From: Escherichia coli
Lineage (GTDB): Bacteria; Pseudomonadota; Gammaproteobacteria; Enterobacterales; Enterobacteriaceae
Direction: 5' to 3' (one strand)
Length of the DNA stretch: 64,000 nt
Assembly: GCF_003790525.1 (NCBI RefSeq)
Contig: NZ_CP033635.1
Positions 53,563-64,000 of the stretch are shown here, piece after piece; positions within the stretch are counted from its first letter, which is position 1, and each line of letters begins with the position of its first letter. The translations under genes were made by a program, and so were the position numbers. Under the pieces are notes generated by a model. The model did not search any database. It was not told the origin of the DNA and worked only from the letters and a program-made list of their open reading frames with translations.

Positions 53563-54018
53563 TTACTGACGACCAGAGTGACCAAAGCCGCCTTCACCGC
53601 GGTCGGTGGCGTCGAAATCTTCCACCAGATTAAATTCAGCCTGTACTACCGGAACAAAAATCATCTGGGCGATGCGTTCGCCAGGTTGAATGGTGAAGCT
53701 GTCCTGACCACGGTTCCATACGGAAATCATCAACTGGCCCTGATAGTCAGAATCGATCAATCCTACCAGGTTACCAAGCACGATACCGTGCTTATGTCCC
53801 AATCCGGAGCGCGGCAGCATCATTGCCGCCAGTGAAGGATCGGCAATATGAATCGCCAGCCCGGTCGGAACCAGCGTAGTGTCACCCGGAGCCAGTTCTA
53901 CGGCGTCGTCGAGACAGGCACGCAGGTCAAGTCCGGCAGAGCCAGAGGTGGCATAAGTCGGGAGCGGAAATTCCTTCCCAACGCGCGGGTCCAGAATCTT
54001 AACGTCGATTTTTTTCAT
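53563..54018 (-). CDS. dut: dUTP pyrophosphatase
   Basis: [35 protein letters not shown]...; about 151 aa. Confidence 0.9.
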
Positions 54019-55219
54019 CATAACGGGTCACGATCTCGTCGAGTAATAATTGGCCAAGGAGCTCTTTGCGCTCAAGCGGTAAGACTTTATCTCCGTCCTG
54101 CCAGAAAAGGTGTAATGCGTTGTTGTCGCTGTTAAATCCTTGAGTTGGCTGGGAAACATCGTTCGCGCAGATCAGATCAAGGTTTTTACGGATACGTTTT
54201 TGCCGGGCGTATTCTTCCACATTATTTGTTTCGGCGGCAAATCCAACGACGTAGGGTCGATGGTCTTTTAGTGCGGCAACGCCTGCGACGATATCGGGGT
54301 TTTTAACCATTTTTATTGTTAATTCATCACCCTGCGTGGCCTGCTTTTTGATTTTTTCTGGGGCCACGGTAGCTGCGCGATAATCCGCCACGGCGGCGCA
54401 ACCGATAAAAATATTTTGCTGCTGTACAGAAGCATTCACGGCGGCTTCCATTTCCAGCGCGGTCATCACATCAACACGGTTAACAAACGGTGGCGTCGGT
54501 AGTGAAACCGGACCTGATACCAGCGTGACGTTCGCGCCACGACGGGCTGCGGCGGCGGCGATAGCAAAACCCATCTTGCCGGAGCTGTGATTAGAGATAT
54601 AACGCACGGGATCGAGCGGTTCACGCGTCGGACCGGCGGTAATCATAATGTTCAGATGTTTCAGGTCGTTGACGGGCGAAAAATGCGCTACCGCCATATC
54701 CACAATGGTTAACGGATCGAGCATTCGCCCTGGGCCGATATCACCACAAGCCTGACTGCCGCTGTCTGGCCCCCAGATGAGCAAACCACGCGAGGCAAGC
54801 ACCTCTAAATTATGCTGGGTGGCGGCGGCACGGTACATCTGCTGGTTCATGGCGGGGAGCACGGCTACAGGCGCAGGTGTAGCCAGACAAATCGTCGATA
54901 CCAGGTCATTCGCCATTCCGGCAGCAACACGGGCAATTAAATCTGCCGTGGCAGGGGCGAGAATCACTAAATCAGCCCATTTACCCAGCTCAATATGGCC
55001 CATAGCGGCTTCGGCTGCCGGGTCCAGCAGACTGTCGGAAACGGGATAACCAGAAACCGCCTGCAAGCTAAGTGGGGTGATAAAGGCTTTTGCCGCTTCG
55101 GTCATGGCTACGCGGACGTCGGCCCCGCGATCGCGCAAACGACGCACCAGTTCAGGGGTTTTATAGGCAGCAATACCGCCGCTGACGCCGAGAACGATTT
55201 TTTTACCGGCCAGGCTCAT
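53999..55219 (-). CDS. coaBC: Bifunctional phosphopantothenoylcysteine decarboxylase / synthetase
   Basis: Start chosen at [29 protein letters not shown] (406 aa). Confidence 0.9.
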
Positions 55220-55384
55220 GATGATTTTTCCTGTTGGGTGACACCAGAAGTTGGCGATTTTATCACAATACTTTTGTTGTCGTGCCTTCACCTGAGAATC
55301 ACTTTGCGAGGCGCTTTCCAGGATTGAAAACTGGCCGTCGATTTAACGGAACGGCTATGACAGGATGCGAGCACCACAAAGGAG

Positions 55385-56059
55385 GTGAAGGTGAAAAACA
55401 ATGCACAGCTGTTGATGCCGCGCGAAAAAATGCTGAAGTTTGGTATTAGCGCCTTAACGGATGTCGAGCTGCTGGCGCTATTTCTGCGTACCGGAACGCG
55501 CGGTAAAGATGTATTAACCCTGGCAAAAGAGATGCTGGAGAATTTCGGCTCTCTTTATGGCTTGTTAACCTCTGAATATGAACAGTTTAGTGGCGTTCAT
55601 GGAATTGGCGTGGCGAAATTCGCCCAGTTAAAGGGGATTGCCGAACTGGCGCGGCGTTACTACAACGTGCGGATGCGTGAAGAAAGCCCTTTACTCAGCC
55701 CGGAGATGACGCGGGAATTTTTACAAAGCCAGCTTACGGGCGAGGAGCGGGAGATCTTTATGGTGATCTTTCTCGACTCACAACACCGGGTTATAACGCA
55801 TAGCCGTCTTTTTTCCGGCACGCTAAACCATGTTGAAGTCCATCCTCGGGAAATTATCCGCGAAGCGATAAAAATAAATGCCTCGGCGCTGATCCTTGCA
55901 CATAATCACCCTTCGGGTTGTGCTGAACCCAGTAAAGCGGATAAACTCATTACTGAACGGATAATAAAGAGTTGTCAGTTCATGGATTTACGCGTGCTCG
56001 ACCATATCGTGATTGGGCGTGGAGAGTATGTTTCTTTTGCCGAACGCGGCTGGATTTAA
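55385..56059 (+). CDS. yicR: RadC-like JAB-domain protein YicR
   Basis: ...[44 protein letters not shown] motif HNHPSG. The true start may be the GTG two codons downstream. Confidence 0.85.
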
Positions 56060-56254
56060 CCCGCTATGCGCGATCCTTCGGGATCTTTGTCTGTTCGGGA
56101 CTTGAGCACATCGCTGAGTCAGCGTATACTACGCCACCTTTGAGAATCTCGGGTTTGGCATTTGGGCCTGGCAATCGAGAGTTCACATAGAACTGCGATG
56201 ACCGGGCTGTAAAGCCTGACGAGGCGCCAATACCCCATACGAAGCTCGAGCTAA

Positions 56255-56512
<258 letters not shown>

Positions 56513-56529
56513 GTACTTAGAGGAAATAA

Positions 56530-56700
<171 letters not shown>

Positions 56701-56724
56701 TTTTTGCTTTGATGTAACGAAAAA

Positions 56725-56747
56725 CCTCGCCCCGGCGGGGTTTTTTG
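56725..56747 (+). terminator. Rho-independent terminator after rpmG
   Basis: GC-rich hairpin (ccccggcgggg) followed by a T6 run. Confidence 0.5.
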
Positions 56748-56797
56748 TTATCTGCCTGCCCCCATATTGACTGCATCTGTTCATTCCTGGAGATGCT

Positions 56798-57607
56798 ATG
56801 CCTGAATTACCCGAAGTTGAAACCAGCCGCCGCGGCATAGAACCGCATCTCGTTGGTGCAACCATTCTTCATGCGGTGGTGCGCAACGGACGCTTGCGCT
56901 GGCCGGTTTCAGAAGAGATCTACCGTTTAAGCGACCAACCAGTGCTTAGCGTGCAGCGGCGGGCTAAATATCTGCTGCTGGAGCTGCCTGAGGGCTGGAT
57001 TATCATTCATTTGGGGATGTCTGGCAGCCTGCGCATCCTTCCAGAAGAACTTCCCCCTGAAAAGCATGACCATGTTGATTTGGTGATGAGCAACGGTAAA
57101 GTGCTGCGCTACACCGATCCGCGCCGCTTTGGTGCCTGGCTGTGGACCAAAGAGCTGGAAGGGCACAACGTGCTGGCCCATCTTGGACCGGAGCCGCTTA
57201 GCGACGATTTCAACGGTGAGTACCTGCATCAGAAGTGCGCGAAGAAAAAAACGGCGATTAAACCATGGCTGATGGATAACAAGCTGGTGGTAGGCGTAGG
57301 GAATATCTATGCCAGCGAATCTCTGTTTGCTGCGGGGATCCATCCGGATCGGCTGGCGTCATCACTGTCGCTGGCAGAGTGTGAATTGTTAGCTCGGGTG
57401 ATTAAAGCGGTGTTGCTGCGTTCGATTGAGCAGGGTGGTACAACGCTGAAAGATTTTCTGCAAAGTGATGGTAAACCGGGCTATTTCGCGCAGGAATTGC
57501 AGGTTTACGGGCGAAAAGGCGAGCCGTGTCGGGTGTGCGGTACGCCGATTGTGGCGACTAAACATGCGCAGCGGGCAACGTTTTATTGTCGGCAGTGCCA
57601 GAAGTAA
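56798..57607 (+). CDS. mutM: Formamidopyrimidine-DNA glycosylase
   Basis: 269 aa beginning [24 protein letters not shown]-terminal zinc finger [26 protein letters not shown]. Confidence 0.95.
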
Positions 57608-57645
57608 TTGATGCGAGCCGGATGGCATACCATCCGGCATAAACG

Positions 57646-59410
<1,765 letters not shown>

Positions 59411-59761
59411 AGTAAATAGCTGACTTATGGATGTGCTGGGGATTCTATGTATTTAGCTGTGGCTTTACCATTACTTTTCCCGTTTTTGACTTAAATAGCA
59501 ATTTACCCGCCAATTCTTGCTGAACATCTATACTTTTTTTGTATTTTTATGCGATTCATTGATTTCTGCAGTACGTGCAGGAAGGAATCGCAGAGCAACA
59601 GTAAAAGAATATGGTTGCTAATGATTTTATTTGATTGATTTCTTTATTGAAAATCAACAATGTGCTTAAAAATCATTCGGGTCGGATTGCCGCGAAAGAA
59701 GTGATACACTAGCGCGTCAATATCAGTGCGGTATCAGTATTCAGGTAGCTGTTGAGCCTGG

Positions 59762-59773
59762 GGCGGTAGCGTG
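59762..59773 (+). promoter_or_regulatory. ops element (GGCGGTAGCGTG) within a JUMPstart-like leader of the waaQ operon
   Basis: Exact 12-nt ops motif on the coding strand about 50 nt upstream of the waaQ start, in the waaA-waaQ divergent intergenic region. Confidence 0.7.
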
Positions 59774-59822
59774 CTTTTTCTGCTTCACCTTAATCGGATA
59801 ATCTCAACAAAAAGAGTTACTT

Positions 59823-60881
59823 GTGGATAAGCCATTTCGAAGAATTTTGCTCATTAAGATGCGTTTTCATGGGGATATGTTATTAACTACTCCCGTCATT
59901 AGTTCGCTGAAAAAAAATTACCCTGACGCAAAAATCGATGTGCTGCTTTATCAGGACACCATCCCGATCCTGTCTGAAAATCCAGAGATTAACGCGCTCT
60001 ACGGCATAAAAAATAAAAAAGCAAAAGCCTCAGAAAAAATTGCCAACTTTTTCCATCTCATCAAGATATTACGTGCCAATAAGTATGACCTTATCGTTAA
60101 TCTTACCGATCAATGGATGGTTGCTATACTGGTTCGCTTATTAAATGCCCGTGTGAAAATTTCCCAGGATTATCATCATCGGCAGTCTGCTTTTTGGCGT
60201 AATAGTTTCACTCATTTGGTGCCGTTGCAGGGTGGAAATGTGGTGGAAAGTAACTTATCCGTGCTGACGCCATTGGGACTTGAATCGTTGGTGAAGCAGA
60301 CAACCATGAGTTACCCGCCTGCAAGCTGGAAACGTATGCGTCGCGAACTTGATCACGCTGGTGTTGGACAAAATTATGTGGTTATCCAACCTACGGCGCG
60401 GCAAATCTTCAAATGCTGGGACAACGCCAAGTTTTCCGCTGTGATTGATGCCTTACATGCTCGTGGTTATGAAGTCGTTCTGACGTCCGGCCCAGATAAA
60501 GACGATCTGGCCTGCGTCAATGAAATTGCGCAGGGATGCCAGACGCCACCAGTAACGGCGCTGGCCGGAAAGGTGACCTTCCCGGAACTTGGTGCGTTAA
60601 TCGATCATGCGCAGCTGTTTATTGGCGTTGATTCCGCACCGGCGCATATTGCCGCTGCAGTTAATACGCCGCTGATATCGCTGTTTGGTGCGACAGACCA
60701 TATTTTCTGGCGTCCCTGGTCAAATAACATGATTCAATTCTGGGCGGGAGATTACCGGGAAATGCCAACGCGCGATCAGCGTGACCGAAATGAGATGTAT
60801 CTTTCGGTTATTCCGGCGGCAGATGTCATTGCAGCTGTCGATAAATTACTTCCCTCCTCCACGACAGGTACGTCGTTATGA
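59823..60881 (+). CDS. waaQ: LPS heptosyltransferase III WaaQ (start codon uncertain; GTG at 59823 or a downstream TTG/ATG)
   Basis: GT9 heptosyltransferase-like sequence ...ILLIKMRFHGDMLLTTPVISSLKKNYPDAKIDVLLYQDT...; first gene after the ops leader. Confidence 0.85.
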   Translation: MDKPFRRILLIKMRFHGDMLLTTPVISSLKKNYPDAKIDVLLYQDTIPILSENPEINALYGIKNKKAKASEKIANFFHLIKILRANKYDLIVNLTDQWMVAILVRLLNARVKISQDYHHRQSAFWRNSFTHLVPLQGGNVVESNLSVLTPLGLESLVKQTTMSYPPASWKRMRRELDHAGVGQNYVVIQPTARQIFKCWDNAKFSAVIDALHARGYEVVLTSGPDKDDLACVNEIAQGCQTPPVTALAGKVTFPELGALIDHAQLFIGVDSAPAHIAAAVNTPLISLFGATDHIFWRPWSNNMIQFWAGDYREMPTRDQRDRNEMYLSVIPAADVIAAVDKLLPSSTTGTSL

Positions 60882-62002
60882 TCGTTGCTTTTTGTTTATA
60901 TAAATATTTTCCCTTTGGCGGTTTGCAGCGCGATTTTATGCGTATTGCTCAGACAGTTGCCGCCCGAGGTCATCATGTTCGGGTTTATACCCAGTCGTGG
61001 GAAGGCGAATGCCCTGATGTATTTGAACTGATCAAAGTGCCGGTTAATTCGCATACCAATCACGGGCGCAATGCGGAATATTTTGCCTGGGTGCAAAAAC
61101 ATTTACGTGAACACCCCGTCGATAGAGTCGTTGGATTTAATAAAATGCCGGGGCTGGACGTTTATTATGCCGCTGATGTTTGTTATGCCGAGAAAGTAGC
61201 GCAGGAGAAAGGCTTTTTCTATCGCCTGACGTCACGTTATCGCCATTATGCCGCCTTTGAGCGGGCAACCTTCGAACAGGGCAAGCCGACACAGCTGCTG
61301 ATGCTGACAGATAAGCAAATCGCCGATTTCCAGAAACATTATCAGACTGAAGCGGAACGTTTTCATATTCTGCCACCGGGGATTTATCCTGATCGTAAAT
61401 ATAGCCAGCAACCAGCGAATAGCCGTGAAATCTTCCGTAAGAAGAATGGAATAACCGAACAACAATATTTATTGTTGCAGGTCGGTTCAGACTTCACGCG
61501 TAAAGGTGTCGATCGTTCCATTGAAGCACTTGCTTCGTTACCGGATTCGCTGCGCCACAACACATTACTATATGTTGTTGGGCAGGATAAACCGCGAAAA
61601 TTTGAGGCGCTGGCAGAAAAACGCGGCGTGCGCAGTAATGTTCACTTCTTCTCGGGGCGCAACGATGTCTCGGAATTAATGGCGGCGGCGGATTTATTAC
61701 TTCATCCTGCCTACCAGGAAGCGGCGGGAATTGTGTTGCTGGAAGCGATAACTGCAGGATTACCGGTACTAACAACAGCCGTTTGTGGCTATGCGCATTA
61801 TATTGTCGACGCCAATTGCGGCGAGGCTATTGCTGAGCCATTCCGCCAGGAAACATTGAATGAGATTTTACGCAAAGCGTTAACGCAATCTTCATTGCGC
61901 CAGGCCTGGGCGGAAAATGCGCGACATTATGCTGATACACAAGATTTATACAGTCTGCCAGAGAAAGCGGCGGACATCATAACGGGTGGTCTGGATGGTT
62001 GA
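60878..62002 (+). CDS. waaG: LPS core glucosyltransferase I WaaG
   Basis: 374 aa beginning [47 protein letters not shown] overlap with the waaQ stop. Confidence 0.9.
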   Translation: MIVAFCLYKYFPFGGLQRDFMRIAQTVAARGHHVRVYTQSWEGECPDVFELIKVPVNSHTNHGRNAEYFAWVQKHLREHPVDRVVGFNKMPGLDVYYAADVCYAEKVAQEKGFFYRLTSRYRHYAAFERATFEQGKPTQLLMLTDKQIADFQKHYQTEAERFHILPPGIYPDRKYSQQPANSREIFRKKNGITEQQYLLLQVGSDFTRKGVDRSIEALASLPDSLRHNTLLYVVGQDKPRKFEALAEKRGVRSNVHFFSGRNDVSELMAAADLLLHPAYQEAAGIVLLEAITAGLPVLTTAVCGYAHYIVDANCGEAIAEPFRQETLNEILRKALTQSSLRQAWAENARHYADTQDLYSLPEKAADIITGGLDG

Positions 62003-62792
62003 ACTTAAAGAGCCGTTTGCCACGTTATGGCGCGGTAAAGATCCTTTTGAGGAAGTTAAAACCTTGCAGGGTGAGGTATTTCGTGAACTGGAAACTCGCC
62101 GCACTCTGCGCTTTGAAATGGCGGGCAAAAGCTATTTTCTCAAATGGCATCGCGGCACGACCCTGAAAGAGATAATCAAAAATTTACTCTCATTGCGGAT
62201 GCCAGTATTAGGCGCAGACCGCGAATGGAATGCGATTCATCGACTGCGGGATGTCGGCGTTGATACTATGTATGGGGTGGCATTCGGCGAAAAAGGCATT
62301 AATCCGCTGACCAGAACCTCGTTTATTATTACCGAAGATCTGACACCAACCATCAGTCTGGAAGATTACTGTGCTGACTGGGCGACCAACCCACCAGATG
62401 TTCGCGTAAAGCGTATGCTTATTAAGCGTGTCGCGACGATGGTGCGCGATATGCATGCTGCGGGCATTAACCACCGTGACTGTTATATCTGTCATTTCCT
62501 GCTGCACTTGCCTTTTTCCGGTAAGGAAGAGGAGTTAAAAATTTCAGTAATTGACCTGCACCGGGCGCAGCTTCGCACGCGCGTTCCATGTCGTTGGCGC
62601 GATAAAGATCTTATTGGACTTTATTTTTCTTCGATGAATATTGGCCTGACTCAACGGGATATCTGGCGGTTTATGAAAGTGTATTTTGTCGCCCCGCTTA
62701 AAGACATTCTCAAGCAGGAACAAGGGCTGCTGTCGCAAGCAGAAGAAAAAGCCACAAAAATCAGGGAAAGAACGATTCGAAAATCGTTGTAA
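61995..62792 (+). CDS. waaP: LPS core heptose kinase WaaP
   Basis: Start chosen at [21 protein letters not shown] (265 aa); overlaps the waaG 3' end. Confidence 0.9.
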   Translation: MVELKEPFATLWRGKDPFEEVKTLQGEVFRELETRRTLRFEMAGKSYFLKWHRGTTLKEIIKNLLSLRMPVLGADREWNAIHRLRDVGVDTMYGVAFGEKGINPLTRTSFIITEDLTPTISLEDYCADWATNPPDVRVKRMLIKRVATMVRDMHAAGINHRDCYICHFLLHLPFSGKEEELKISVIDLHRAQLRTRVPCRWRDKDLIGLYFSSMNIGLTQRDIWRFMKVYFVAPLKDILKQEQGLLSQAEEKATKIRERTIRKSL

Positions 62793-62807
62793 TTTCCGGA
62801 GAGAAAT

Positions 62808-63824
62808 ATGAGTGCCCACTATTTTAATCCACAAGAGATGATCAATAAGACAATCATCTTCGATGAAAGGCCAGAGGCGTCAGTGGCATCATCATTCCAT
62901 GTTGCTTATGGCATTGATCAGAACTTTCTTTTTGGTTGTGGTGTTTCAATCACGTCAGTTTTGTTACATAACAACGACGTGAGTTTTGTCTTCCACGTTT
63001 TTATTGATGATATCCCTGACGCCGATATCCAGCGTTTATCCCAATTGGCGAAAAGCTATCATACCTGTATCCAGATCCATCTGGTAAATTGTGAACGGCT
63101 TAAGGTATTACCGACGACCAAAAATTGGTCTATTGCCATGTATTTCCGTTTTGTAATTGCAGATTACTTTATTGATCAACAAGATAAGATCCTGTACCTG
63201 GATGCTGATATCGCCTGTCAGGGAACCTTAAAACCGCTGATAACAATGGATCTTGCCAATAACGTTGCTGCTGTTGTTACTGAACGCGATGCTAACTGGT
63301 GGTCGTTACGGGCTCAAAGTCTGCAGTGTAATGAACTTGAAAAGGGTTACTTTAATTCAGGTGTCCTGTTAATTAATACACCTGCGTGGGCGCAGGAGTC
63401 CGTTTCTGCTAAAGCGATGTCGATGCTTGCTGATAAAGCCGTCGTTTCCCGTTTAACCTATATGGATCAAGATATACTAAATCTTATCCTGTTAGGGAAA
63501 GTTAAATTCATTGATGCTAAATACAATACGCAATTTAGTTTAAATTATGAATTAAAAAAATCATTTATTTGTCCAATTAATGATGAAGCCGTATTAATTC
63601 ATTATGTCGGCCCGACAAAACCCTGGCATTACTGGGCCGGTTATCCAAGCGCGCAGCCATTTATCAAAGCCAAAGAAGCATCGCCCTGGAAAAATGAACA
63701 GTTAATGCGGCCAATTAACTCAAATTATGCTCGTTATTGCGCCAAGCATAATTTTAAACAAAATAAACCAATTAACGGGATAATGAATTATATTTATTAT
63801 TTTTATTTAAAGATAATAAAATGA
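62808..63824 (+). CDS. LPS outer-core GT8 glycosyltransferase (WaaO/WaaI family)
   Basis: 338 aa with GT8 features (GIDQNFLFGCGVSITSVLLHN, DADIACQG DxD-type motif, NSGVLLIN). Its position directly after waaP differs from K-12, where waaS and waaB follow waaP. Confidence 0.75.
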   Translation: MSAHYFNPQEMINKTIIFDERPEASVASSFHVAYGIDQNFLFGCGVSITSVLLHNNDVSFVFHVFIDDIPDADIQRLSQLAKSYHTCIQIHLVNCERLKVLPTTKNWSIAMYFRFVIADYFIDQQDKILYLDADIACQGTLKPLITMDLANNVAAVVTERDANWWSLRAQSLQCNELEKGYFNSGVLLINTPAWAQESVSAKAMSMLADKAVVSRLTYMDQDILNLILLGKVKFIDAKYNTQFSLNYELKKSFICPINDEAVLIHYVGPTKPWHYWAGYPSAQPFIKAKEASPWKNEQLMRPINSNYARYCAKHNFKQNKPINGIMNYIYYFYLKIIK

Positions 63825-63839
63825 CATTGAGAAAAGTTA

Positions 63840-64000
63840 AATGAATGAATTTATAAAAGAACGGTTTTCGTATTTAGCAGATAATAAAAAAGAAAACGTC
63901 CCAGAGCTAAATGTTTCCTACGGTATCGATAAGAATTTTTTGTATGGTGCTGGCGTTTCAATTTCTTCCGTTTTGATTAATAATTCAGATATTAATTTTG
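63840..64000 (+). CDS. Second GT8 glycosyltransferase (WaaT/WaaJ/WaaR-like), 5' part only; runs off the window end
   Basis: Translation MNEFIKERFSYLADNKKENVPELNVSYGIDKNFLYGAGVSISSVLINNSDINF parallels the N-terminus of the preceding GT8 protein. Confidence 0.6.

Overview
This window reads as an Escherichia coli-type chromosomal segment, in reverse orientation relative to the K-12 map, made up of three accessory blocks and one conserved core block. All calls rest on reading the supplied six-frame translations and the DNA by eye; no database search or alignment was run, so family assignments are recognition-based and percent identities are unknown. (1) Positions 1-24632 are a mosaic genomic island anchored at the 3' end of tRNA-Sec (selC, 24538..24632, minus strand) and continuing past the window start. 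It carries a P4-type integrase, a helical-repeat hypothetical protein, a sulfatase-type phosphoethanolamine transferase, a Tia/Hek-family outer-membrane invasin, a Tat-signal PhoX-like phosphatase, IS debris, a LysR regulator divergent from an operon of ankyrin / DUF2877 / FdrA-like / DUF1116 / permease / carbamate kinase (like the K-12 yahB-yahI cluster), an ISL3-like IS with perfect 38-bp inverted repeats, and an MFS transporter with a LacI-family regulator. (2) yicJ-yicI follow, then a roughly 7-kb islet absent from K-12 between yicI and yicH: PRD regulator, PTS EIIA/EIIB/EIIC, two class II aldolases, ROK kinase, D-lyxose-isomerase-like cupin. (3) The conserved core runs yicH-xanP-gltS-recG-trmH-spoT-rpoZ-gmk-ligB-yicG-dinD-yicC-rph-pyrE-slmA-dut-coaBC-radC-rpmB-rpmG-mutM-coaD-waaA, then the ops-containing waaQ promoter and waaQ-waaG-waaP followed by GT8 glycosyltransferases, which indicates a non-K-12 LPS core type. 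ligB carries an apparent 1-bp frameshift and rph appears full length. No CRISPR array or rRNA was seen. The best candidate for an undescribed system is the ankyrin-led carbamate-kinase operon on the selC island, followed by the hypothetical protein beside the integrase.
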